Origin: Catajapyx aquilonaris
Taxonomy: Eukaryota
NCBI GenBank assembly: GCA_000934665.2
Contig: JYFJ02003241.1
Location: 1 to 44,664 of the forward strand
Length of the DNA stretch: 44,664 nucleotides
Direction of reading: 5' to 3'
The position numbers and the translations under genes are program-made. The notes under the pieces were generated by a model. That model was given only the letters and a program-made list of their open reading frames with translations. It was not told the DNA's origin and did no database searches. This document shows, in pieces, positions 35,501-44,664 of the stretch (position 1 is its first letter; each line of letters begins with the position of its first letter).

Positions 35501-38500
35501 AGCCGTCAATCGTTAGGCCATCACGTCGTCTCGTCCTGACTACAGCCTCGTCTTGCTCCACTCAGTTCAGTCAACAAGCCGCCAAGAGAAGCCAGCAGTC
35601 GACGATGTACTTGTCATCTATGGCAGCCGTAACCCAAACAGAGCCGTCCTTAGCGACGAAGGCGATGTTCTCCAACTTTCCAAAATCCAAAAGGAAACTC
35701 TCCACCAGCCACAACGGCTTGGAAGGCAACAGCTTCAAGTCCCCATGGACGCCATGGGTCAGTGGCCCCCCAACACACCACGACCACAAATCCGGGATCT
35801 GAGTGGGTGGGGGAGGGCGAAAAAGGGTGGTTTTTTGGGAGCCCCTTGAAAACCCAACTGCTCCGGAAGAGTTTGTTTTCAGGGACTGGGGGAAGGTCAG
35901 CAGTGGATTGTCTGCCATCTCGGAATCCTGAACCATTTCACGACAGTAGTCTTTGCCACACAGCATGCACCGTAATCATCCTCCGATAGATTTCCGTGGG
36001 TCTATTGCCCTTGGCCATCAGAAATGGGATAACAATGTGCTGATACTGCTTGGGCACGCTCGACATGCCGCACGCCATCTTGGATTGGCTGCGGTGGCGT
36101 GGTTGGTATGCATGCGCAGGCTCTTACCTATGCATTTAGGATGTATTGGTACTACCTTGCTGTGGTAGACATTTCAAGTGCCTCTGTTCAGTAGGATGCA
36201 CTCCAGATGCCAAGAACGGGTGTCATTTGATTCACCCAATATCTTATGGGGGAAATTGCTTTTGACTTCGAACAATTCAGACTTCGAACGACCTCCTGTA
36301 ACGAATTAAGTTTGAAGTACGAGGCACCACTGTAATTAACGGATGAATTTTAATTGAATTTTATACATTCATGGACCATTGCAGTATGCTGCCATGGACC
36401 CACCCGCTCCCCCTCATGCAGCATTCATAGTATGAAGTTCCACTGAATTTTTGTGTAGCTTTTTGCACCCTAATGGAGGTGCCCAATTATGTAGCAGATG
36501 CTACATTTGGCCACACTTGGAAATAGTTGGGCACCTCTCCCAGGGGGCAAAAAAAGCTATACAAAAATATAAACTTGGGTGAAATTTGCAATAACTAAAA
36601 TTCCTAAAAAAAATTTGGGGCAGGGGGATGACCAGGCTGGGCTGGAGGGAGCAGAGAGGCAGATTGTGGTAGGGAGGATGTCAACCACAAATCTTTGTTG
36701 CAACAGACATGTTGGGGTTCCATCAAGATCCATCTGGGTGGCATATTCCTTGATAGAAAAATTATTTTGGGACTACGCTTTGGAGTTTCTGACTTCTTTT
36801 TTACATGATCACTTTTCAATGAGAGCCACACCAATAGCAGCCTCTGGTCGCTTCCTTTTATTCAGCATGTGTCATATTGGTGGCAAAACTCCTGAGCCCT
36901 TTTCCAAGATTAAGAAGCAATCTCTTATGTCTATGTGACCTACCCTGGCAGTGGCGCATGCGTGACCCATCTGATATGCCTTCTCAGGGGCATAACCTTG
37001 CCCATGACTCCGAACTCTGCAGTTGCTGATGCATACATAGCTTTAAAAACTAAAATAGTCCCTTTGAGTTAATTTTTAGCCGGAAAATGTTGCTTGGGTT
37101 TGGGGAAGCCATCTATGCCAAAATTGGGAAGTCAAGGTCAAGAGCAACAGGCACAAAATGCTTGACATTGTGAAAAAATTCGACCCATAATGATGCGACT
37201 TTTTATGGTTTTTACTATTTTTTCTAGTGGGAGAAATGTAAAAAATCCGAGCAGAAACAATGTTAGTTGATGGAAAATTACTGTGCCTTTTGCCACCATA
37301 ATTGCTGCCATTACAATGCCTGTCCTATTATACTGGTTAAGACTGAAGCAGTTTGGAGGAGGGGATATGGTGTCCGACTGCTAATCGGGAGGTCCTGGGA
37401 TCAAATCCCGGGGTCGGCAACTCTGACCGTGGTTTTCTGTGGTTTCCCACGGTCCTTCCAGGAAAATTCTGGAGTTCCTTCCGTAATTAATAGGCCACAG
37501 CCACTTCCGTCCTTATCCTATCCCAAAGAGCACAGTAAAATGAAGGCAGAGTTCCAGGCAAAACAAACTTCCCCCCCTAAAGAGCCTATGGCTGATAACT
37601 GGGTATGAATTATGAATTATTATTATTATACTGGTTAAGAAGCAAGTCTTGATAATGCCAGATTGATAAAAAATGTATTGCAAATACCTATACCTGGGAT
37701 TTTTATTAATCTGCTTTATTTCAACTGACCCTTTATCACTGATTTAAAATCATTCTTGCATGTAGTACAGGAGTTTTGTCACTTCTACTGAAGCTACGTA
37801 GTTTTGAGCGAAAGGTAGTGTACTGTTACTAAAATTTACTGGCATATGGTTTGTGTCATCGAGTGAGATTGCTGGGAAAAGGGCTTGTTCCAGGTCAGTT
37901 AATTGTTTTCTTTGTTTTTTTCCAGCATTCATCTCCAGTTACTGGAGGACCAGCTTGGTGCATTGCAACAAATAATCTTGAGACCCACCTTGCAGTAGGC
38001 TCGGAGGAAGGTTGTGTGACTCTGTTTTCTCTGCAGAAAGATGAACTGGTCATTGAAAAGTGGATTAAGCCCTTCAACAGTCGAATTGTCTCTCTCACAT
38101 GGGGTCCAACTAAGGAATACTTGTTCAGTGCTTCTGAGAACAGAATCAAGATGTGGAATGTTGACACTGATTCTGGGGAAGAAGAATTTATCCTACCTGC
38201 ATCTCATGAAGGAAGGCGAGTCTCAGTGTGGGCTGTTGCAGTCAGCAAGAACTTGACTGTTGTGGCTGGAGACAGCAGAGGGCATGTGTCCTTCTGGGAT
38301 AAGCGCACACAAGCTCCAACTGACTGTTTTCAAAGCCATAAAGGTGATGTCTTGTGCTTGACTTTTGATGAGTCAGGGCAAAACCTCTATGCTGCAGGTA
38401 AGTTGGTGGATTTGGAGGAGTTTTAATAGAACCTGACTTTTTAAATCTCCTCCCTCCCCACCTCCCTCAGGTGTTGATCCTATTATTGTCCAATTTTGCC

Positions 38501-39006
38501 TTGTGGAGTGCAAGACACATGTTGGTAACAAGTGGGCTAAATCAATTCAACGCCAACTGCATACACACGATGTGAGAGCAATGTGTCTTGTTGGAAGCAC
38601 TCTCTACAGTGGTGGTGTAGACACATACCTGCAACGTAGCAGCTATCCTCCTCTGACATGTTCCAAGTATCCTCCTCATCTGCAGGTATATTGGCTAATC
38701 GATTTTGAAATTACTTGTTTTCCTATTGAAATCCTGCTTTTGAACCCTCAGCATCCAATGGTCCATTTATGCCGGGACTTGCGTGTACTGACTCTGTGTC
38801 GGCCCAAGCAGCTGGAGGTATGGTGCATGGGTGCAACGTTTACAACTGCAACAAGTCAACCACTCCCTGTGCTTAAGCAGCCTGAGAAATGGGCGAATAT
38901 CGAACCTCGGACTAAAGAAGCAATAACGTGCAATGCCATCTCTCCCAGTGGAAAATGGATTGCATTTACCACCAGTAAGAGAACCACCGTTTGTGTCATT
39001 GAATTG
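31819..39006 (+). CDS. UTP4: U3 snoRNA-associated protein 4 (UTP4/Cirhin, WD40), 5' part: join(31819-31922,32005-32188,37926-38397,38471-38685,38752-39006...), continuing beyond the window
   Basis: MLKYRVH..INCIA..IALGR/..LEIWN..CWAKGRLFSTG.QG.VIEY/..GGPAW..LAVGSEEG..SRIVSLTW..VWAVA..GDSRGHVSFWD..GVDP..HTHDVRAM..SGGVD..LEVW.MG is collinear with the UTP4 N-terminal WD repeats as I recall them. Introns are GT-AG with consistent phases; 410 codons are visible. Confidence 0.9.
32005..32188 (+). CDS. UTP4: UTP4 coding exon 2
   Basis: catttcag|G GAG GAG ... CCT TTG|gtaata; encodes LEIWNV...CWAKGRLFSTGFQGTVIEY. Confidence 0.88.
32537..32859 (-). mobile_element. tRNA-headed SINE (family D, copy 1; Talua/Inv-like core)
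   Basis: 18-bp TSD taaactgaataatctaac; core GGTTTTCTGTGGTTTCCC...CCCTCCAGG.GAATTCCGG...TAGGCCACAGCCGC; (TTA)n tail. Confidence 0.88.
33712..34408. repeat. Long near-perfect palindrome (about 300-bp arms, about 65-bp spacer)
   Basis: 33712-34018 is the reverse complement of 34085-34408, with few mismatches and one short indel. Confidence 0.95.
34886..36152. mobile_element. Two inverted mariner 5'-end fragments (about 34886-35085 on +, about 35880-36152 on -) around an unrelated core
   Basis: Arms are diverged inverted copies. They translate to RQVIIKFLTAKSNRPEEIHQ/RMLAVYG and HIVIPFLMAKGNRPTEIYRRM...VVKWFR/FRDGRQSTADLP (mariner HTH region). Confidence 0.75.
36263..36331 (-). mobile_element. 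pogo/Tigger-like terminus fragment
   Basis: Reverse complement TA|CAGTGGTGCCTCGTACTTCAAACTTAATTCGTT. Confidence 0.5.
37343..37623 (+). mobile_element. tRNA-headed SINE (family D, copy 2)
   Basis: 17-bp TSD tattatactggttaaga; collinear with 32537-32859. Confidence 0.88.
37926..38397 (+). CDS. UTP4: UTP4 coding exon 3
   Basis: tttttccag|CAT TCA TCT ... GCA G|gtaagt; WD repeats. Confidence 0.92.
38471..38685 (+). CDS. UTP4: UTP4 coding exon 4
   Basis: ccctcag|GT GTT GAT CCT ... CTG CAG|gtatat; contains HTHDVR. Confidence 0.9.
38752..39006 (+). CDS. UTP4: UTP4 coding exon 5
   Basis: ccctcag|CAT CCA ... GAA TTG|gtaagc; contains AISPSGKWIAF. Confidence 0.88.
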
Positions 39007-39378
39007 GTAAGCATGAATTAAGCATGATACATTTCTTTGCCAATCTCCCATCCCACCTAATGTATTACCCCCACATTCAGGTATATGAGGGGTGTGCATT
39101 TTCTCCATGAGTTAGCCTTCTTGCAAATCTTTAATATGAAATGAAGGGCTCGGGAGTCAAATGTATTAACTGCCAGTGGGCTGTGCAAAAGGTTTTCAAT
39201 CTGAATATTTCCCACAGAAACAGTGAATCATGGGAGGTGTCGTCTGGTGGGGAGATGGGGACTACCTTCATGAGTATTTGTGATTTTTTCACACAGTCTG
39301 TAGAGAGCATCAGTCGCTGGCAGTCAGCCTATAAGTGACAGGATACTCTGTGCCCATCAGATTTTAATTTTCTGTGAA

Positions 39379-39615
39379 ATGATGGAACGACTTGAACAGC
39401 AGTATATTGCATCAAATTTTGAATCAAGCTTGGTGATACCCAAGTGGAAACCATTCCGAAGATTCAGAAAGCTTTTGGTGACAATGCCATGAGTATACCA
39501 CATATTAATCAGTGGTGCAACTCCGTCTGGAAGTCTTGCAGGACGTGCTGGACTCTTCAAATGGTGACCCCAACTTCCTGAATACCGTGATGACTGGTGT
39601 TGAGTCATGAGTCTT
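39379..39615 (+). pseudogene. Decayed, internally deleted mariner transposase
   Basis: MMERLEQQY/CIKF*IKLGDTQVETIPKIQKAFGDNAMS..QW joined directly to EVLQDVLDSSNGDPNFLNTVMTGVES*V (degenerate TGDESWV). Confidence 0.8.
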
Positions 39616-39900
39616 ACTGCTGGCCAAGTCTTCCCGTCCTTTTCACAGAAAATGACAATCTGACAGGTGCCTAGTACCATCTGTCACACGCAGGCCCCCC
39701 TATAGCACCCATAAGGGTCATCACGGGGTAAACTAAATAAATTTTTTTAAAATTTGCCATTAACTGCAATTATGGTGGTGTGCTCCAATGGCAGGGTCAA
39801 TGGCCAACATGCGAGAGTGGAAAAGTGACAGCAAGTGGCTGGCCTTTCCTCATCTCTATTAGGCCTTCTTGAATTTTCGCAGTTAAACTACACATAACCG

Positions 39901-41616
39901 CAATGGCACACGCAGAATTTTCGTTGGGGTGGTTGTCAGTTGTCAGAACCATTAGGGCCATATAGTTGTATTTGTAAAGTAGTAAAATGTTTCATAAATT
40001 AATAAGTAGGCCTAAATGGAATACCGGAACAACCAGCAGGTTTACTTTAAATTTCTACTACATTTTATAACTATACTGGTACTCCAGTCTATGTCTAGCT
40101 TCCTTGGTTAGTCAGCCAGATCATCTAGATATTCTAGAACTTCTGTACAGAAGTGTAGATTACAATGAATGTACTGTATCGCTCAAAAAGATGGAGGCAG
40201 TTTTGCATTATTACTATCAAATGCAAAATGGTGAAAATTGTCTCTATCTTTTTGAGTGATAGTACATCAGCGCCAGTCCATGGAGTCTTTCCTCGCCAGT
40301 AGGCCTACTATTCCTAAGATACGAGGTACAAGTTGTCACTGGCAGTGTTTCCATTACTTGGAGAAGCTTACTGACGACTGGGAACAATATTATTTATTGT
40401 TGCATATTGGAATAGCTTATGTGGCATTCTCTGGCTTAACTGCCGCCGAAGCCAAACTTGGGTCACAAAGTTTTACCTTACTCTCAATTCTGACACTCAG
40501 GCCTTTAAAATCTTCAAGATTTTTTTAACGGAATCAAAAACATCCTTTCTTCTGCCAGCTTCTTCGGAAAGGACATATTGGAATGGCTCTAAGACATTTT
40601 CATGTTTTGTAAATTTTGATGAAAAGAGGAAATGGAAGCATTGAGAAAAGTAATACACTGTATACCAGGGATATTCAACTGGCGGACCGCGGTCCGGATC
40701 CGGACCGCGACGCAATTTTGTCCGGACCGTGACAATATACAGGACAGTTTGAAATAGCATGATTAATTACTAATTCATGATTTTTTGGAAAAAGTGCTAC
40801 CAATTTCATCAAATACACACCCATTCCAATCTCCCACATCTCACCTAATCTCCTCACCTCACCCCCCAAAAAAATCGCCTGCGGTGGCCTCGTTCCCCGC
40901 CCTTTACAGCTTGTTCACCTTTTGCTTGAAACGAAATGGGCCCCCCTCCGAAATTCTTCTGCCTACTCGCCTGTACAGGACATCATAAAGGGCGAAATTG
41001 TCTTAATATGCCCTGTCTTGATAGTCCCTCCTACCCTTGCTGCACATGTTTATATTTTCGAATATGAACCCTGTGGTACCATATAAAAAATATATTTTTT
41101 ATCCGGGAGGGGTGGGGGGGGGGGGGGGNGGGTCCGGACCTTCAATGGTCCAGGAAAGGTAAATACTGGACCTTGTCAGAAACTAGTTGAATACCCCTGC
41201 TGTATACTGATCTCCTGCAGTATTTCTGTATGCTGTTTGTAGGAATATTGCTTCACATGATCTGCCTGCTGGTTGTTCTTGGTTTTATTATTGTAATCTC
41301 AAGTTTCAAAGCATATTCTCACTGGCATTTTTGAAAAAAATAGACCAAGTATCTTCCGCACTGTTCTGCATTTCTTGGAAGGAATCCCTAAGATGCACTA
41401 CAGTTTTGATTACCAGGTACAGGTCAAACAAATTGACTGTTTGCAGATATTTTATTAATGAACTCATGTCTTGTCATTGTCCCGGACAATACACAACAGA
41501 AGGGATAGCATGAAAGTTTTCTGCATGACATAAAGATTAAAAGCAATTTCAGATCCGCATATCGCACGTGAAAGGAGTTCTGCTTAGGTGGCTGTAGTTT
41601 TGTCGTCGCAAGTTCA
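39901..41616 (-). mobile_element. Decayed hAT transposon (THAP12/ZMYM1-like transposase C-terminal part), interrupted by a MITE
   Basis: Minus-strand frames give KPRTTSRQ..SNIP...YCRRSVY and LFPVVSKLLQVMETLPVTTCTS[deletion]YLRNS..GEERLHGLALMYYH (hAT dimerisation domain). A hAT-like terminus caatggcacacgcagaatttt sits at 39901. Confidence 0.8.
40666..41199 (+). mobile_element. hAT-family MITE, copy 2
   Basis: TIR cagggatattcaact / agttgaatacccctg; 8-bp TSD ctgtatac. Confidence 0.92.
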
Positions 41617-41717
41617 CAGACAATTCCGCAAGGGGGGGGGAGACCCTCTAGAACAGTGCAAAATTGCCCCGTGGGTGTGCCAGTGCTGTCAGTGAGAGGA
41701 TCACCATAATTATGTAG

Positions 41718-44593
41718 TGTGACCCGAGCGGTTAAGTACACACAGTAAATAGTGAGTTCAGTTCTGTCATCCTCTTTAATGTGTTATCTTACAAACATTT
41801 AGTGAAAGGAAAAAAGGATATCACGGTGAGGTGGGGCAAGACCAGTTCCCCGGGATATTGTCCCGGGGAAAAGGCCTGGAGTGAAACAATTCACTCCCTT
41901 ATATAGCAGAGTACAATGCATGATGGGTGGAAGCAAAAGGAAAAGTCACGTGACATGCTGGCAGAAAGTATGGAGTGAAACGAATGGGGTAATCAAATAT
42001 GCACTGATATAAAGGTGATGCAAGGCTGCATCAGAATGCATTGAACTGTAGGACATTTAGACATAGTAAAACCGGTACGGTCACACATCCCCACGCGGAG
42101 ATATCGGCAACGCCGAAACATAAAAAGAATCAGACGACCCGGCAAAGTACACTGACGGTCAAAGGAAAAGTCACAGACACATCATTTAGCAATGGGTTCA
42201 CACGTCAGAGGATTCGTCTCTTGTGGTGATGATGATGATGATGACTTCCCTCCAAGGAGGAGAGAGAAAAAAATGAAGTCACTTGCACATCAGCTCAGGC
42301 TTCAGTAGATGAGTAGTCGGTCCAATGTTCAAAAAGGATCCAGTCCTCATCGGGGTTGTTCGTCATCCAAACAGCGTGCGTCTGGTTAGAGTGGCTGGTT
42401 GGCTCCTTCGACGAGGTGTGTGCCGTTGGTGGTGATCCATCTTCTACTACCGGTACGGTTCCGGTGAAGCTCATGTCGCTGTAGTTCAGGCGGCAACGGT
42501 ACTGCATCAGTGTGTCCAGCGCCAGGACGACAGGGAATGGGGCAGATGTTCCGGTAAGGTCTCCACAACAGCCATCTCAATGACTCTGCTTCTGAAAGTC
42601 GTCCAGACTGTGCCGTGGATGGAGGGCAGGATCGTTGTCTCTTCACAGATGCACCGAAACCTCGGTACAGCTGATGTAATGCTTTAAAAGAAGTGACAGA
42701 GTTTGATGATTGAAATAGAATGATGTCCAAGCGTGTGGTTGCTTCGTTTATGTAGTCGCCTGCGCACAGCATCATGTATCTCGACGTGCATTTCACTAAA
42801 TTACACGCGTCACAAGTACAGGGTGGTCAGCCTATACCTGCACCGTGCTACTTGACCACTTTCACTTCACTTCCGCATTTTCACTACCACAGAACAGCAA
42901 CCTTGTCCCGTCTGTGTCATAACGGGTTGGATACAGCTGATTCTTCTTGCGGGTTTTTTCTCTAGCCGTCTCGGGGATAGGTCCAACATGTGCGCGTTGG
43001 ACTCCCAACAAATGCGTCGTCTGATTGTCCGAATTCAAAGGTGGCTCCCATCATCCTCTTCGTGAAAGAAAAAAGAAAGAGCCTCCCCCTGCTGTACTGC
43101 AGGGCAACAAAAAAAAAGATGTGCGAGGTCACTCAGGTAGTCCCCAAACTGTTTATGAATGAATGAAAAAGCGGGGTGATTAGCTTTGAAGTGTGCGAGT
43201 CCTTGGTCCTGTGGTAGAGTTTGTCATCGCAAGGTTAAACACACATATTCGTCGCACATTTAGGCATACCACACAATGAGAACAAAACTCACGAGTATAA
43301 TGACATAACCGCTGCTGTGTCAAATGTTGGTTGTTCACACTCATAAGATTGATAACATCTCATGCTTGGTTTAACTCGTGTAACACTCGTTGGTACTCAT
43401 GAGTCGGTTGGTAATGTTCATACCGGGCCTGCACGTAGCCGTAGTGCGGAAGCACTTGTAGAGACACTCGTAGACGTAGTCGAGGTCCTCGTAGCGATAC
43501 TTGTATAGATGTACGCACAGTTGATTGTAGACATAACTGGGCTGTTCGTATACGTAAGATGACTTCATCTCGTACGTTGGCTTGGAAACAGCGTGGCAAG
43601 CCCGGTACTTCTTCTTCTCCAGAGGGGTTTGTACATGCTGGGTAGGCACGTGAACTTTCGTTGATTTAAGGAATAAGGAAGTAGGGGTAGGAATGGCTCA
43701 TGCCAGTAGGGAATAAGATCGTTATGATCGAAGGAATAAATGGATAGGGCGGTTGTGTCCGTAGCCACAAGGAACCAAGAGCTGTTTGCTCGTATGGCCT
43801 TAGGAAGGGGTGGTGAGGATGGGCAATGAGCATGGGTTTTGCTCGTATTCATACGACTGCTTGGGTTGATTGTAGCCGTAGAACTGCTTCTCCTCGTATC
43901 GTGACTGTCTGTAACTGTAGAGGTACGTAGCCACAGTGGGAATTGTACGGGGTTTGTACAAAAGTTTTGACTCGTCGTGTCAGGTTCACACAGAGTCCAA
44001 GACGCTCGTTCCAGTCGAGGAAGGTGAGCTGGGGATGCTCCAATCCGCCGGAAGACTGCTCGTACGGGTCTGTACGCAGTCAGACGTCAAACAGAAGAAG
44101 GTTACTTCTTCTTCAGAAGTGGTTACTTCTTCTTCAACTAGTGCTAGGATTGCACATAGCCATAGGAAGGGTTTAAGGAACAAGGGAACGAGATAATGTA
44201 CTCATATAAGGAGGGTATTGTGCTGGAACGGTTGTGTTCGTAGCAACAAGGAAAGATGAGTGGTTCTGCTCATCCAATAGGAGGGGTAAGGAATGGGCAT
44301 GGTCTCCCACAAGGGGTAGGGCCAAGAAACCCGTAAGGAAGGAAGAGGAATAGCGGTTTTACTCTCCTCACGGATGCACTCAGTACTGAGATACAATCCG
44401 AGTACGCGTCAAGCGTAAGGGCACACCTCAGAATCTAGTTGGATTCTCCCATGTTTGGGGGCGAGTAGGTGTCCCATATAACACAGAGGTAGAACATCAG
44501 GATCCCACTTCTGACACCACTTTTACGTGTGACCCGAGCGGTTAAGTACACACAGTAAATAGTCAGTGAGTTCAGTTCTGTCATCCTCTTTAA
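41718..44593 (-). mobile_element. Short non-autonomous Gypsy-like LTR retroelement (3' LTR 41718-42085; 5' LTR from 44528, interrupted)
   Basis: Direct repeat 41718-41779 / 44528-44593; LTR termini tgtgacc...ggtcaca; TATATAA and ATTAAA on the minus strand; PBS TGGTGTCAGAAGTGGGAT at 44502-44519; weak Gag and protease remnants. Confidence 0.82.
44502..44519 (-). promoter_or_regulatory. Primer binding site complementary to tRNA-Leu(CAA) 3' end
   Basis: Plus strand reads ATCCCACTTCTGACACCA, matching the 3' 18 nt of tRNA-Leu(CAA) including CCA; it lies 8 nt from the LTR end. Confidence 0.85.
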
Positions 44594-44664
44594 GGGGCCG
44601 TCCATAATCCGCGCGGACAAGTGAAGGGGGGGGAGGGGGGTTGCACTTTGTCCGCTTTTGTCTG
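44594..44664 (+). mobile_element. Left end of a PIF/Harbinger-like MITE inserted in the LTR
   Basis: LTR homology stops at TAA, followed by GGGGCCGTCCATAAT and G-runs; the other end lies outside the window. Confidence 0.55.

Noticed and set aside
35132..35790. Possible solo LTR (tgtaat...accaca)
   Set aside because: No matching TSD or clear terminal inverted repeat.
43986..44183. Apparent signal-peptide ORF MFLKPFLWLCAILALV suggesting an env or secreted protein
   Set aside because: It starts at TTG with no ATG, is bounded by stops, and sits 5' in the element rather than at the usual env position.

Overview
Eukaryotic genomic DNA, probably from an arthropod (inferred from Abl C-terminal motifs and 59-97 nt introns). 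It holds two + strand spliced genes. (1) Abl non-receptor tyrosine kinase: 12 coding exons from 10325 to the stop at 20548, encoding SH3-SH2-kinase-long linker-F-actin-binding domain. Its first exon was not found in the window, and there is a candidate 150-nt cassette exon. (2) The 5' part of UTP4/Cirhin, a WD40 U3 snoRNP/t-UTP protein: 5 exons at 31819-39006, with the gene continuing past the window. Introns and intergenic DNA are dense with mobile DNA: several tRNA-headed SINE families sharing a hairpin 3' tail, an RTE-derived short element, Tc1/mariner, pogo, hAT and Harbinger-like MITEs, decayed mariner and hAT transposases, and long palindromes. The right end is a nested stack containing a short LTR element with a tRNA-Leu PBS, no recognisable RT or integrase, and a decayed Tyr-rich repetitive coding-like region. 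All calls come from reading the sequence by eye; no searches were run.
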